From the NCBI GenBank assembly GCA_035221665.1, contig CM069146.1, forward strand, positions 2,976,001 to 3,040,000: DNA of 64,000 nucleotides, written 5' to 3'. Both the position numbers and the translations under genes were made by a program. This document shows positions 14,601 to 29,600 of this stretch, piece by piece (position 1 is the stretch's first letter; every line of letters starts with the position of its first letter). Below the pieces are notes generated by a model that worked only from the letters and a program-made list of their open reading frames with translations, was not told the DNA's origin and did no database searches. The DNA is from Okamejei kenojei (lineage: Eukaryota).

Positions 14601-17600
14601 ATCAGCATTAAACTCCATCTGCCATCTTTCAGCCCACTTTTCCAAATGGCCCAAATCTCTCTGTAGACTTTGAAAATCTACTTCATTATCCACAACACCA
14701 CCTATCTTAGTATCATCTGCATACTTACTTATCCAATTTTCCACCCCATCACCCAGAGCATTGGATGTACATGACAAACAACAGTGGACCCAACACAGAT
14801 CCCTGAGACACCCCACTGGTCACCGGCTTCCAACCTGACAAACAGCCATCCACCATTACTCTCTGACATCTCCCATTCAGCCACTGTTGAATCCATCTTG
14901 CTACTCCGCCATTAACATCCAAAGATTGAAACTTCTTAACCAACCTTCCATGGGGAACCTTGTCAAAGGTCTTACTGAAATCCATATAGACAACATCCAC
15001 TGCTTTACCCTCATCAATTTCCCTAGTAACCGCTTCAAAAAATTCAAGGAGGTTTGTCAAACATGACCTTCCAGGCACAAATCCATGTTGACTGTTCCTG
15101 ATCAGACCCTGTTTATCCAGATGTTTATATATATTATCTCTAAGTATCCTTTCCATTAATTTGCCCACCATTGACGTAAAACTAACAGGTCTATAATTGC
15201 TAGGTTTATTCTTTGAACCCTTTTTAAACAATGGAACAACATGCGCAGTACGCCAATCCTCCGGCACTATTCCCGTTTCTAATGACATTTGAAATATTTC
15301 TGTCATAGCTCCTGCTATTTCTACACTAACTTCCCTCAATGTCCTAGGGAATATCCTGTCAGGACCTGGAGACTTATCCACTTTTATATTTTTCAAAAGT
15401 GTCAGTACTTCCTCCTCTTTGAATCTCATCGTTTCCATGGCTACTCTACTTTTTTCCCCTTACCTCACAGAGTTCAATATCCTCCTTGGTGAATACCGAA
15501 GAAAATAAATTGTTCAATATCTCCCCCAATTCTTTTGGCTCTGCAGATAACTGTCCATTCAGGCTCTCTAATGGTCCAATTGTATCCCTCGTTATCCTTT
15601 TGCTATTAATATAGCTGTAGAAACTCTTTGGATTTACTTTCACCTTTCTTGCCAAAGGAACCTCGTATCTTCTTTTAGCCTTCCTAATTTCTTTCTTAAG
15701 ATTCTTTTTACATTCTTTATACTCCTCTAGCACCTCATTTACTCCATGCCTCCTATAAATATTGTAGATATCTCTCTTTTTTCAAAACAAATGAATGAAT
15801 GATATGCAACAAAAGTATCAACTTTTGCTCTTGCTGAGCATTGTAGACCAGTTGTTTAAATATCTACGACTATTTCTACTGACCTGTCTCTCAGTTTGTT
15901 TACCCAGTCCACTTTGGACAGTTCCTCCATCAGACTCCTACGATTACCTCTATTTAAATTGAAACTGGTTTGGTTTAGTTTAGTTTAGTTTAGAGATACA
16001 GCATGGAAACAGGCCCTTCGGCCCACCAAGACTAATCCGACCAGCGATCCCCGCACATTAACACTGTCCTACAGTGACTAGGGACAATTTACATTTATAC
16101 CTAGCCAATTATCCCACAAAATTGTACGTTTTTAGAGTGTGGGAGGAAAGCGAAGATCTCGGAGAAAAACCACAAGGTCACGGGGAGAACGTACAAACTC
16201 CGTACAGACACACCCGTAGTCGGGATCAAACCCAGTTCTCTGGCGCTGTGAGGCAGCAACTATACCATTGTGCTACCCTTACATATCATCCTCTCACTTC
16301 ATTTGGAATATATAGTGGTCACTACCCCTGAGGTAATCTTTTGTCTTCCCTCACATAAGACCATATCTAGAATAGCCCATTCCTGGGTAGACTGCAATGT
16401 ACTGCTCTAAAAAGCAATCACTGATGCATTCCACTAAGTCATCGTCTATGTTACCCTTGCCAGTTCCATCATCCAATCAATACGTAGATAAAAATCTTCC
16501 ATGATAATTGCAATTGTCTTCGCACATGCCCCCGACAAGAAGGGGTTCAGCTAGAAACGTTGCCTATTTCCTTCGCTCCATAGATGCTGCCTCATCCGCT
16601 GAGTTTCTCCAGCACTTTTGTCTGCCCCTGACATTTGCCCCTTAATGCTCTGACCTATTGAGAGGCCACATTTTGGGGAGCTGCAGACGACTTCCACGAG
16701 AGACGGCTACTGTTTATTTCAATCCAAACTAATTCCACATAACTCAGAACTGCTTTGGCACTTTCTTGATTAACGCCACTTCCACCCTACCTTATTTTCC
16801 CTTTATATTCTTTTAGAACAGTGTGTAACCTGAAATATTGTGCACCCAGTCCTGGCCAGCGTGCCACAAGTTTCTGTATTAGCTATTACATAATACTCAT
16901 ACGTTACTATCAGTGCTATCAACTCATCTATCTTGTTGCAAATGCAATGTGCATTCAAATAAAGGATATTATTTTTTGATTTTGTTTGCAGTTAATTACG
17001 ACTCTGGATTTGTATTTTTGCTTTTTTGTTTCCATCGTCTGCCCAGGCCCATCACTCTGAGTTTCAGTTTTCCCCTCGCTATTCTGTGCCACTGTTTTCA
17101 ATTCCTCTCGATTTATTTAAGTTTCCATTCTTAGAGCCCTCCCCCTCCAAGATAGTTTAAAGCCCTATCTACAACCATATTTATGTGATTCATCGAGACA
17201 CTGGTCCAGCATAGTCAAGGTAATGCCTATTCCAATGGAACCACTCTATCCTTCTCCAATACAGGTGCCAATGTCCCCATTGTTCTCATTTTCACCTATC
17301 CCACAGCTAACAATGGCCTGTGTCCTTTATCGTTGATACTTTTGTTGCATATCGTTCATTCATTTGCTCTGTATCTATTCTACATCACTGTCTATATCTC
17401 TCGTTTCCCTTTTCCCCAACTCTCAATTTAAAGAAAGGGTCTCAACCTGTAACGTCACATATTCCTTTTCTCCAGAGATGCTGTCTGACCCGTTGAGTGA
17501 CTCCAGCTTTTTGTGTCTATCCCCTGTACTGGGATTTATTTCTCCCACACCAAGCTTTGAGCTGCGCATCAGCCCCAGAATAAACAGGAATTATGTTGAT

Positions 17601-20600
17601 GAAAGGTCACCAAGCTGAAACATGAATTCTGTTTCTACCCTCAGAGCTGCCTGGCCTCCAGTATGTTTTCCCCAAATTTCTATCACCTGCAGTATTTTAG
17701 AAACATAGAAAATAGGTGCAGGAGGAGGCCATTCGGTCCTTCAAGCCAGCACCGCCATTCATTGTGATCATGGCTGATCGTCCGCTATCAATAACCCGTG
17801 CCTGCCTTCTCCCCATATCCCTTGAGTCGACTTGCCCCTAGAGCTCTATCCAACTCTCTCTTAAATCTATCCAGTGATTTGGCCACCACTGCCCTCTGTG
17901 GCAGGGAATGCCATACATTCACAATTCTCTGGGTGAAAAAGTTTTTTCTCACCTCAGTCTTAAATGACCTCCCCTTTATTCTAAGACTGTGGCCCCTGGT
18001 TCTGGACTCGCCCAACATTGGGAACATTTTTCCTGCATCTAGCTTGTCCAGTCCTTTTATAATTTTATATGTTTCTATAAGCATTTTATTTTTTATATTA
18101 ATCAGTTAAGATTGTTAAACTTCAATTGCTGATTTTGTCTATAAAGCCTAATGTAGAGCAGAGAATCATATATGAATGCTTTACGCACAGCCTGCTAATA
18201 ATGTTCCAGATATTCATAGTCATATATTATCTAAATTGATATTAGAAGAGGGCAAGTAACATCAGCATTTCTCTCACTTCAAATCTAATTTTCACTGTCT
18301 CCTCAATCAAATAGATTGCAGATTGCTGTAGACCAATGTGTGCAGAAGTATAATGCAATGGCTTCAGAAAGTGGCACATTTCACAGTAGCTTTATATTTA
18401 ATATAAAGAAATCTAAAAGGTTGTGGAGCAATTATTTACCTTAGTGAGGACTTCGTTACTTTTTGAACCAGCGATGGCATATTTATGATCTGGTGATACC
18501 AGTAAAAAATCCACTGGGTTCACATCAATCAGTGACAAGCGAGAGATCTGGTTAAGATTAGGTATGGTTAAAGTGATAAGTGTTCCTTCCCCAGTTCCAA
18601 CCTGCAATGAATAAAAATATTGAACACGACATACTTGAATACTTGCAAATTTCTTTAAATCTAATTGTAGATGAACATCATATAATTAATCTGCCAAATG
18701 CAAATTTGAAATTAAAAGTTTGCTGTATTTATTATGGTATAAGCATTGAATTTAAACAACTACATTATTTGGGTACATTTCCTCAGTTCTTATACGGAAA
18801 TTATTTAAATAATATCTAAGATACTTAGAATTCACAAGAATGTATGACCACAACAGAAGTGAAATAAAATTCTCAAAATATATTCAGATTAATACCAGTG
18901 ATGAAAGGAGAGACGTTCTTGACTTACAACAATCGTGATGGACATAAATTACACTGATGTCCCCAAAGCATCGTTTTGTGGTATTAGAAGAGGAATAGGC
19001 TTTAATGCCAGAATTTTCTAAAACTGCACCAGTTAAAAGCTATATATTTTGTTTACTTTAGATTAGAATCCGCACCGACGAGCAATGCCTGCACACTAAC
19101 ACTATCCTACACACACTTGGGACAATTTACATTTATACCAAGCCAATTAACCTACAAACCTGTACATCTTTGGATTGTGGGAGGAAATCAACGATCTTGG
19201 AGAAAGCCCACGCAGTCACGGGGAGAACGTACAAACTCCGTACAGACACAACCGTTGTTGGGATCGAAGCCGGGTCTCTGGCGCTGCAAGCGCTGTAAGG
19301 TACCAACTCTACCACTGTGCCACTGTGTTGTGGAATATGTAATGGAATAATATATATATTGTGGAATAAATATATTTATTATTTAACCAATATTTTTACC
19401 AATATTAATCCAATCCTAAATAGCTTTTGTGAAGCAGATTTTAAATAGTAAGTAATACATTTCTAACTATTGGATCAAAGATTTGGGCTTTAGCATCGCC
19501 CACCCTTCATATGTGTTCTATCTGTCAAAATAGATAACAATGCTGCACATTTGAATGCTGCACATCGCCTCTGTTGGGAATGAGGTCCAAGTGTTCATTT
19601 TCTGCTAAGAAATGCCCTTCAACATGGCGGCCGGGGCAGACGGAAGGAAAGAACGATGGGTTGTGGGTCGACAGCGGGAGGCGCCCTGGGGCACGGAGCT
19701 GAACAATGGCGAGGGATGGCGCATTCATGGGCTGATGTCAAGGCGCCCGAGTGGTCTAGTCAGTGGAGTGGGCTGCTGCTGGCCCAGAAGCAGCCTCCAG
19801 CTCAATTAGATGGGGAACCGCTTGATCAGGCAGGTCTGCAGCGTCATGGAGAGAGGAGCAGTGGTAGAAGACATCAACACATCATCTGGCCAGGCTGAGC
19901 CCTGCAAATCCAACCTAGTAACACAGCCAGGACAATGGGCCATAATGGCCAAGTAGGATTCTAACACTTTTATTTAAACTCTCGACTTGAAGGGTACAAG
20001 ATGAAGCCTGAAACATGGCAACTCTTCTCCACTGACTCAGCGTGGCCGACTGTCTTACACTCTTTCACTTAGTGTGATTGGGAGTAATATATAGTAGGAT
20101 CGTCACTGAACAGTAAACAAAAGAATAATTTCACTATACTCAGGTACACATGGCAATAAAGTACCATTGAACCATTTAAAGAATCAATACTGTACCTCCC
20201 AGTCATCTGCAAAGCTCAATGTCCTTTTATCACATGCACCACAGCTTTTGGCAAGTTATACAGGATAAACAAACGCCTGGCAAAATAGGTTTTTGTCCAA
20301 AACCCACAGGCAAATAAACAATATTCCTAAAAGTTTGACGGCTTTGTGTATATGAAATTCTCAGCTCGATTACCACATCAACGAGAGATTCATCTATAGT
20401 CGTTAGTATCAATAGTGTGTCAATAATCAATAGCTGCTGCTGATGAAAACTTCCCGACATTATAGTGAAATAGAAAGAACTAAGGTGCCGCGATTGATGC
20501 CTTAAAGCACCAGAGACCAGGGATCCATCTTGACTACGGGTGTTTTCTGTACATAGTTTGTACGTTCTCCCAGTGACCTGCGTGAGTTTTCTCCAGGATC

Positions 20601-23600
20601 TCTGGTTTCCTCCCACACTCCAAAGACATGGCTTGGTATAATTGTAAATTGTCGCTGGGGTGTAGGATAGTATAAGTGTGCAGGGATCGCTGGTTGTCGT
20701 GGACTCAGTGGGCCAAAGGGCCTGTTTCTGCGCTGTATGTCTAAAGTAAAGTAAATATTGAGAATTGCATGTGATGGATGATTTTTATTTAAGGGTAACT
20801 TGAGTTCTACTGCATTCAAGTATATCTGTGGATCAGTCATGGAACATTGTTCATAATCATAAGAAACTTCCTAAACCTGCTGCAGCAAAATAAATAACAG
20901 TGGTTAGATAGTATGTTTCAGTAGAAGTGGAAAAATAGAAGTACTAAGGGTAATTTATTTCAAGAAACATCACAAAAAATTTGGTGCTTAAAAAATTGTA
21001 AACCTGGCATCTGATAGAAGCTTTTCTTATCTTTGACTATACCAACTAACAAATGCATTACATACTTCCAGAACACTAACATGATTAAATATATGAACTA
21101 CATACAATTAAGCAGTGCTGGGTGTCCATATTGTACGCCACCAAATTACAAACGGTGCATGAAGTTGCAAAAACAGCCAATTCCTCTCCGGTTCGTCCAT
21201 TCCAGGCTTTAATATTGCCCTTTGAGTCTGCAGTGATCACAAGGCCTTGTTGTGGAACGGTTAATAATTTCACCAAAGGTTCTTCTTGTACTGGTGTTGA
21301 CCATACTTGTTTACCCTTTGAAATAAAGGATCACAATGAACTGATGTAGACAAATCCTCCAGCCAAAAGGTCTTATATTGAAATTACAAAATCATCAATT
21401 TCAAGAATGTAAAGGATAAAACTATTTAGTTTAATCACACAATTACTTTTTCTGTTTTCTTCTTTTCTGGTGCAGCTACAGTAATGGATTTCATACTAAA
21501 TGCTTCAGGGAGCAGAGATTTACAAAATTAAAAGGTGGAAATTCCCAGTATGAAGTGACTGTTGTTTGGTTCACAATTGGATCATACTTTTTGATCTTTC
21601 TCAGTGGCTTTGAATATTAACCTCATTTGATCTGTTTATTTTAAAGGCAAATATTGAACAGGGCTCTCGCTTAACTTTTTTTCCCTGTTGCCAGCCGGGC
21701 AACCTTGACAACTTTTTAAGTTGCCAAATGACAGTTTAGGTGGTCATTTAACACGGTTTGCATGACGCGTGCGATAATGTGCTCGGACGAAGTGCGTAGT
21801 TACCAGTCAGAATTATGCTCAATGAAGCATTCACATATTATGTTCAAGAAGGAACTGCAGATGCTGGAAAATCGAAGGTAGACAAAAGTGCTGGAGAAAC
21901 TCAGCAGGTGCAGCAGCATCTATGGAGCAAAGGAAATAGGCAACGTTTCGGGCCGAAACACATCAGTCTGAAGAAGGGTTTCGGCCCGAAACGTTGCCTA
22001 TTTCCATCGCTCCATAGATGCTGCCGCATCCGCTGAGTTTCTCCAGCACTTTTGTCTACATCACATATTATTTCTGCTTCAAATAACTCACAAACTAAAC
22101 ACATTCGCCAAACAAGACATGATATATACCACAATGACATGCAGCAAAATTATGATACAATATCTCAACTCTTTTTACACATTGCAATTAATGCAATTTC
22201 TATTAGTTCTTTCCACTTCCAAACAAAAATGTGGTTGGATTATTCAGCAAATGATCAACCTATGTCAATAAATCCTGGACCATGCACACTACAGATTGAT
22301 GCAAGCATGTTTTCTGTGAAGGACCGAAAATTGCCATGACATGGCCATAGCATGGGTCGTTATTGCTAATGGCACAGAAACACTCTGGCTTCCCACATAA
22401 TTTATCCATAACAAAATATACAGGTTGCAAGGAAATTTCTAAAGGCATTTTATGATAATAGCTGTTAAAACCGACTATACCCATCTGACAGCTTAAACAT
22501 TGCACTAACTGACAAGAGATGGCCAAAGGACATAACTGCAGCAAATGTTCTTTTGGTAATATGTTTAAAGGTGTCAAAACAAATAATAATATTGGGAATT
22601 AAAACACATTTGATTGCATTCCGTTATCAAACATAATCAATGTTCGCTCTGAAGACCATGAAGCACAATAGGGTCAGGGGGTGTGTGATTCAGTGCGGGG
22701 TGGATAGATGGCGGGGGGGGGGGTTGAGAAGGCAATTGGTGCGGAATGGATGGATTGAGGCAGGTGAATTAGTACGTGTTCGTTGGAGTATGTAAAATTG
22801 TGAGGGGAGAGCACGGGGGATGTCAGTGGTGTTGAATGGGGGATCAGTACGGGATGGATGGGGGTAGACAAAAATGCTGGAGAAATTCAGCGGGTGAGGC
22901 AGCATCTACGGAGCTAAGGAAATAGGCAACGTTTCGGGTCGAGACCCTTCTTCAGACTGTTCCCCCCATTCTTCTTGAATGGGGGGGGAGGATCAGTACA
23001 GGATGGATGGGGAGGGGTGGTGTTATCACCATAGGGGGATCAGTACAGGATGAATGTGGGGTGGGAGGGGGGTCAGGAGAGTGTGGATCGGAGGGTCTGT
23101 GCAGGATGAATGGCGGATCACTACAGAATCAATGAGGGGACCAGTATAGGATGAATGGGGGATCAGTACGGGATGAATGAGGGGATCAGTACAGGATGTA
23201 CGAGGGGATCAGTACAGGATGAATGGGGGATCATTAAAAGATGAATGGGGGATCATTAAAAGATGAATGGCGAGATCACTACAGGATGGATGGGGGGTTT
23301 GGTGCAGGGTAAATGGAAGGTGGGTCAGTACGGGATGAATGGGAGATCAGTGCAGTATGAATGGGGGGGGAGAAGTGCAAGATGGATGGGAAGGGGGGTC
23401 AGTACAGGATGAATTGGGGGACCAATGTAGGATGGAGAATCAATGCGAGGTGGGTAGGGTGATGAATAGATTGGGGGGGGTGGTAGATGGGGAGGGGAGC
23501 AAGGGGATGTCAGTGAGGACTGAATAGAGGAGGGATTGGGGATCAGTGCGGGATGGAGAGGAGGGGTCCCAGGATAAAATGGATGGAGGGGGGGAACGTA

Positions 23601-23601
23601 T

Positions 23602-23633
<32 letters not shown>

Positions 23634-26600
23634 AGGGGCAGAGGAGGTAGGGCGGAAGGAAGGTCAGCGCTCCTCGGACAACATCTCCCGCTGCCTTGGC
23701 CGTCCCTGTCCAACGCCAAAGTGCCGCCGCCAAAGGGGGAGGCGGTTGGGAACTCGCCGCCACCGCCTCCCCTCCTCCGCCAGCCAACAGGAAGGTGCGG
23801 GGCTGAGCGGTGCAGCTCAAAGATCCTATAGCTATAGGATCTTTGGTGCAGCTGCTTCAGACGGCGGAAGGAGGCCTCCCCCCCCCCTCCCTCATCCCGG
23901 CCTCGGCATGCGAGAGGGGTTGTTTTGAAAGCGCAGTTAACGGATTTGCAGACAACGGCCATTATCAGGGCGATAGCAGCCGCTGCTTGCAAATCCACCA
24001 ATGCAACGGCGCTTTCAAAACAACCCCTCTCGCACGCCGAGGCCGGGAGGGGGGAGGGAGGGAAAGGGAGGCCTCTTTCCTCCAGGCGGGGTGCGGGAGG
24101 ATGAGGCATTGGAGCCGCTGTCGCGGCTGCTGTTCGAGACCTGTCATTCACTCCGACCCTTCGTCACCATGCACCTAGTATCTTTGCCCCGCAATCAAAG
24201 ATACTAGAGGAATACAGCCGCCGGCACAAAACGTCACGCTCCTATTCTCCAGAGATGCTGTCTGACCCGCTGAGTTACTCCAGTTTTTTGTGTCTTTCGG
24301 TATAAACCAGTATTTGCTTGCCAAGCTGGGCAAAATGAGTCGGCGTTTAGGTTGCCCGGCGGCACTTTGGGTGGTCATTGGCACCCGGGCAACCGCTAAT
24401 TTTGAGCCCTGTAGAATGAGTAGAGTATAGGAGGTCATGTTGCAGTTGTATAAGGCATTGGTGAGGCTGCATTTAGAGTATTGTGTTCAGTTCTGTGCAC
24501 CGTGCTATAGGAAAGATGTTGTCAGGCTGGAAAGGGTAGAGATGTTTGATAGCTCCTCTTGTACTTTTATAATGCACACTTGTATTTTATAATGATTACT
24601 GCTACAATGATTCCCCATTTAGCACACCCCTACAGCGTTCCGCTTCTTTATCATGCTGTTGGCCATCCAGACCAAACTTTCACAAATATGTACCCCCGCT
24701 CCACCCGATAATTTTAGAAGTAATTTGTTTGAGCTATACACTGTGCTGAGAACCTGGTGTAAATTCCTGCCATCCCACCACTGTGCTAGGGACCTGAATG
24801 TCAGGTGCCTTCAGCAAATCTCTGCTCCTCCTGTTGCACATTGTTTCGCCAAAACCATTCCCTTGTCTGGTGATCTCTTCGCAAACAGTGGACCACAGGT
24901 CAGTGTGGAGAGGTTGTTTTTAGGGCTGGTGTAAAGCAGTCAGCCAGTCAGTGCTGTGATTTGGGCTTCAGAGTTCCACACATGGGCCTGGCACTGACAA
25001 CACTTGCTCCATGTATCGACTGACCACCTTGATCCTAGTCTCTCACCACCTGCTGAATATGATGTAGGCTGATGTTTTCCCCTCCCACAGTCTGTTTAGC
25101 TGATGATTCTCAGTCCAGAGATTTAAATATTTTAACATGCTCAAAGGGCTGGAGAAGGCTGTGCAGTCAAAGAAGCAATATTATATATACCACATCCATC
25201 ATGTGAATGTAGCCTGACAATAGGTGCAGGAGTAGGCCATTCGGCCCTTCGAGCCAGTACTGCCATTCAATGTGATCATGGCTGATCATCCTCAATCAGT
25301 ACTCCGTTCCTGCCATCTCCCCATATCCCCTGACTCCGCTATCTTTAAGAGCCCTATCGAGCTCTCTCTTGAAAGTATCCATTGAACCGGCCTCCACCGC
25401 CCTCTGTGGCAGAGAATTCCACAGACTCACAACTCTGTGTGAAAAAGTGTTTCCTCATCTCCGTTCTAAATGGCTTACCCCTTATTCTTAAACAGTGGCC
25501 CTTGGTTCTGGACTGCCCCAACATCGGGACATGTTTGCTGCCTCTAGTGTGTCCAAACCCTTAATAATCTTATATGTTTCAATAAGATACCCTCTCAAAC
25601 TTCTAAACTCCAGAGTATACAAGCCCAGCCGCTCCATTCTCAGCATGTGACAGTCCCGCCATCCCGAGAATTAACCTTGTAAACCTACGCTGCACTCCCT
25701 CAATAGCAATAATGTCCTTCCTCAAGCCTGAGGCCCACCTCACCTCACAATGTTGAGTAGCATACTGCTCACCTGTGTCCAACCAACTCCCGTCCTCATA
25801 AGCAGCCTCCCCACAGCAAGGTGCACAGCGAGGTATTTATTTGCTTCAAGTGTGGCAGTGTTGCACAGAGATTCGCACAGAGACAAAGCAAAGAGGGCAC
25901 AGTTCACAGCGCAGCAGTGGGAAGGGCAGATTCCCAGCTCAGAGGAGCCGTCAGTCTTGATATTCTGAAAATACTATCATTCCGTGGATCATATCCAGAA
26001 TGGTAATTAAGTGTAACTGGTTACATGAGATGAATTGTTGATAGAATGTACTGACCTCTTGAATGCTCCATGCACGCAATGTACAATCAGTAGATGTTGT
26101 ACAAACCACTGATTTCCCGTTCATTGTGTCAAACGGATTGTCAGGATTACTCCAGTATTGCAATCCCGTGATCCTACCTTCAAAGATGAAAATAGAGTGA
26201 AGGACATGACTAAGGACATTTGCAGAAATGTGGCAGTTTACAGACAGCTTTTGAGTGATTTTTCTTTACAGCATGTGCTCTTCAATTCATTTCTTTGGAG
26301 CTGATAGTGCCAATTCCTACACATCTTGGCTGATAAGAGTAGTTTAGTCAGGGTGCCAGATTAATCAGCTGTCTCAAATACTTACACCTATAGATAGGTG
26401 GTACTGAGACAAACCTGCTGTTCAGAAGTCCACTTTTTAATGACTACACTGGACCCATGTTACTGTGACAGTGGATTAAAGATGCAAAAGGGAGAGCAAA
26501 GCATGTGCAGGGTACACAAAAAAACGGGAGTAACTCAGCGGATCAGACAGCATCTCTGGAGAAAAAGAATAGGTGACATTTCGGGTCGAGACCATTCTTC

Positions 26601-29600
26601 AGCCTGAGAGTCAGGGGAAAGGGAAACGAGAAATATAGACAGTGATGTAGAGAAATATGGAACAAATGATTGAAAGATACGCAAAAAAGTAGCGATCATA
26701 AAGGAAACAGCCCATTGTTAGTCGTGTGCTTGGTGAAAACAAATATAGAGAATGAGACTCAGCAAGACGACTTTGAAGCTGGTACGACTTGGGGGAGAAA
26801 TAGAGGTTGGGAAATGGAGCCTGAGAATGGGACAGGACTAAAGATCAAGAGATTGGAGCCCAAGTCCTGAGAAGGGCCCTGGGATCCATGGAGAATAGGA
26901 GATAGGACTCTGGGCATTTTCTGCAGTGACAGTAACTCAAGAACCACAGTAGGAGATTGGCAGTCAGAAAAGAAACAGGTGAACTCTGGAAATGTTATTG
27001 TTGGTAAATAATGAAAAACTGTCAAAGACTCCTTCTTAGTGGGAGAATGACGTGTGGTGCTATTTATATGTGAATAATACAGATATGTGGGAATTCTCAA
27101 GGGGAAAGATACAGGAATTCTAGGCTAACCTGTTAACATTTATTATATCTAAACATCACAATACATTCTTTTAGAAAAGGCACAAAATGCTGGATTCACT
27201 CAGCGGGTCACGCAGCATCCTTGGTGAACATGAATAAGCGAGATCTGAAGAAGGGTCCAGACCCAAAACATCACCTATCCATGTTCTCCAGGGATGCTGC
27301 CTGACCCACTCAGTTACTCCAGCATTTTGTGTCTTTCCTTGGTGAACCGGCATCTGCAATTCCTTGTTTCTACAATAAACTAATTTCATATCAAGATTCA
27401 CATGCTGTCATCCTGAGTGTTCAGCTACAAAACCATTCATTCATTATTTTCCACTTTGTTAATGACATTGTTGACAGAGTTGCCTGAAACAATTTGTAAA
27501 ACTAACCCAGCTCATTTTCTTGCATTATGTGTTTTAAATGTTTAGTGTTTAAGTAGAGAGCTGGATTCACATTCCTGCCTACACTCTTGCTGTGAAAAAT
27601 TCTACTCTCTAAAAACAGAAACTTAAAAATTATGACATAACAACAAACCAAAGTGTTTGGCATTTACCACGGTGGCCTCTGAAGGTTATGCATGTATAAT
27701 CAGCTCCCCCACACCCTGATGCCATGTGCTGCTCTATTTTGGAACGATGAATGTAATACTTCTTCCAGGAATTTATCCCATCTTCTACATTGGAGAGACT
27801 GCAGAAGATCCATCGCACCAGACATAGTTTTCTGTGCATTTAAACATGAAAAAACATAATACATTAGTAAATACAACTCCTACATTACTATTTGCGGGGC
27901 GGGGGGGGGAGAAGGTGTACTCCTAAACAACAGTAAATTTTCCATGTCAAAGCCTGTAGATGTCAAGAAGCATGCGCTGAAAGGAAAGAATATTATTTTA
28001 TTATTTTTGTTTCCCCCACATAAATTCCAAGTGAATTTAATTTCAGATCTCAAATGTTTTAAGTAATTATTTATCAATTCCGTAAGCAGCTATGTTCTTA
28101 GAATGATACAGTGCATGAAACATGCCCTTCAGCCCAACTTGCCCATAACGGCCAACATGTCCCAGCTACTCTAGTTCCACCTGCCTGCTTTTGGACCATA
28201 TCCCTTGAAACCTGTCCTATCCATGTACCTGCCTGTTTCTTAAAAGTCTAGATAGTCCCTCCTCAACTACTTCATCTGGCAGCTTTATTCCATACACCCA
28301 CCACCCTTTGTGTGAAAAAGGTAACCCTCAGATTCCTATTAAATCTTTTCCCCTTCACCTTAAACCTATATCCTCTGGTCCTCGATTTACCAACTCTGGG
28401 TAAGAGACTGTGTGTATCTACCCGAACTATTCCTCTCGATGTCGCGGCACTCGCCTGTACAGCTCAGTCCCTCAAAGATTTCTGTTATGCTTACTTTAAT
28501 TCTAAAAATAAAGCTTTTGGTTTTTGATGCCCTGACTTTATTTCTTTCACAATGGTTTTGTATATTTGAGAGTTTATTTGTCACGTGCATGAACACAGGG
28601 AATTAACCATGGCATGTTTTACTCATAAGATTTCTTAAGGCTGGTTATTTGATGCAAACACGCTTTTGCTACTACTTACAAAGCAGAAGTGTCATAGAAT
28701 GCACCCCGCTCGTCTTGTTTGATGCTGGCAATAATCAACATAAAGCAATCTATCTGATTGGCATTTATTCCAACATGCTGATAGTTTGTGAGTGGTGAAC
28801 AGTGCAGTGTGTACCACCCACATGATGTATTGCAATAACTTTCTCAGGCATTCACAGGAATGCTTTCCAAAGTTACAGCTGTCAAAGGAATAAAGACAAC
28901 AGATTCATAGGAACAAGTCAAGTTTATTCGTCACATACACATACGAGATGTGCAGCGAAATGAAAAGTGGCAATGCTCGCGGACTTTGTGCAAAAAAAAA
29001 AAACTACAAACAGAATGGAATAGAATCACATATTCTTTTACTTATTAAATATTGTGGGCTGAAGGAAAAAGGGAAAAAAAAACACAGCAATTAAAAAAAA
29101 AGCAGTAGAGTGGTACAGTAAAGTTAGTCCCTGGTGAGATAGGAGTTTACAGTCCTAATGGCCTCTGGGAAGAAACTCCTTCTCAACATCTCCGGTCTCA
29201 CAGCATGGCAACGGAGGCCGTAGCAGCTGGAACAGTCCGTTGCAGGGGTGGAAGGGGTCTCCCATGATCTTATTGGCTCTGGAGTTGCACCTCCTGATGT
29301 ATAGTTCCTGCAGAGGGACGAGTGAATTTCCCATTGTGCGTTCGGCCGAATGCACTACTCTCTGCAGAGCCTTCTTGTCCTGGGCAGAGCAATTCCCAAA
29401 CCAGATTGTAATATTTCCGGACAAGATGCTTTCCACAGCCGCTGAGTTGCTCACTGCAAGATGCTTTCCACACCCAAGATGCTCACTACAAGATGCTTTC
29501 CTCGCCCCCAAGTTACTCACTGCACTGATTTGAACATGCATAACCCTTCCTTTGTAACTGTATCAAGAACATAGAACTCTGCAACACAATTCTAAGAGCA

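Larger units (their letters stand above)
21659..24411. mobile_element. Probable non-autonomous hAT-like element with nested inserts
   Basis: Termini CAGGGCTC / GAGCCCTG; subterminal ccgggcaacc motifs at both ends; no clear 8-bp TSD. Confidence 0.55.

Noticed and set aside
23440-24207. Overlapping GC-rich ORFs up to 202 aa
   Set aside because: Explained by GC-rich repeat sequence with palindromes and (GA)n; no protein motif.
21651-24419. 8-bp TSD for the CAGGGCTC element
   Set aside because: Flanks atattgaa and tagaatga do not match, so the hAT assignment stays tentative.
29440-29525. Three ~30-bp repeats (gctcactgcaagatgctttcc) at the Rex1 5' junction
   Set aside because: Small local slippage duplication with no sign of function.
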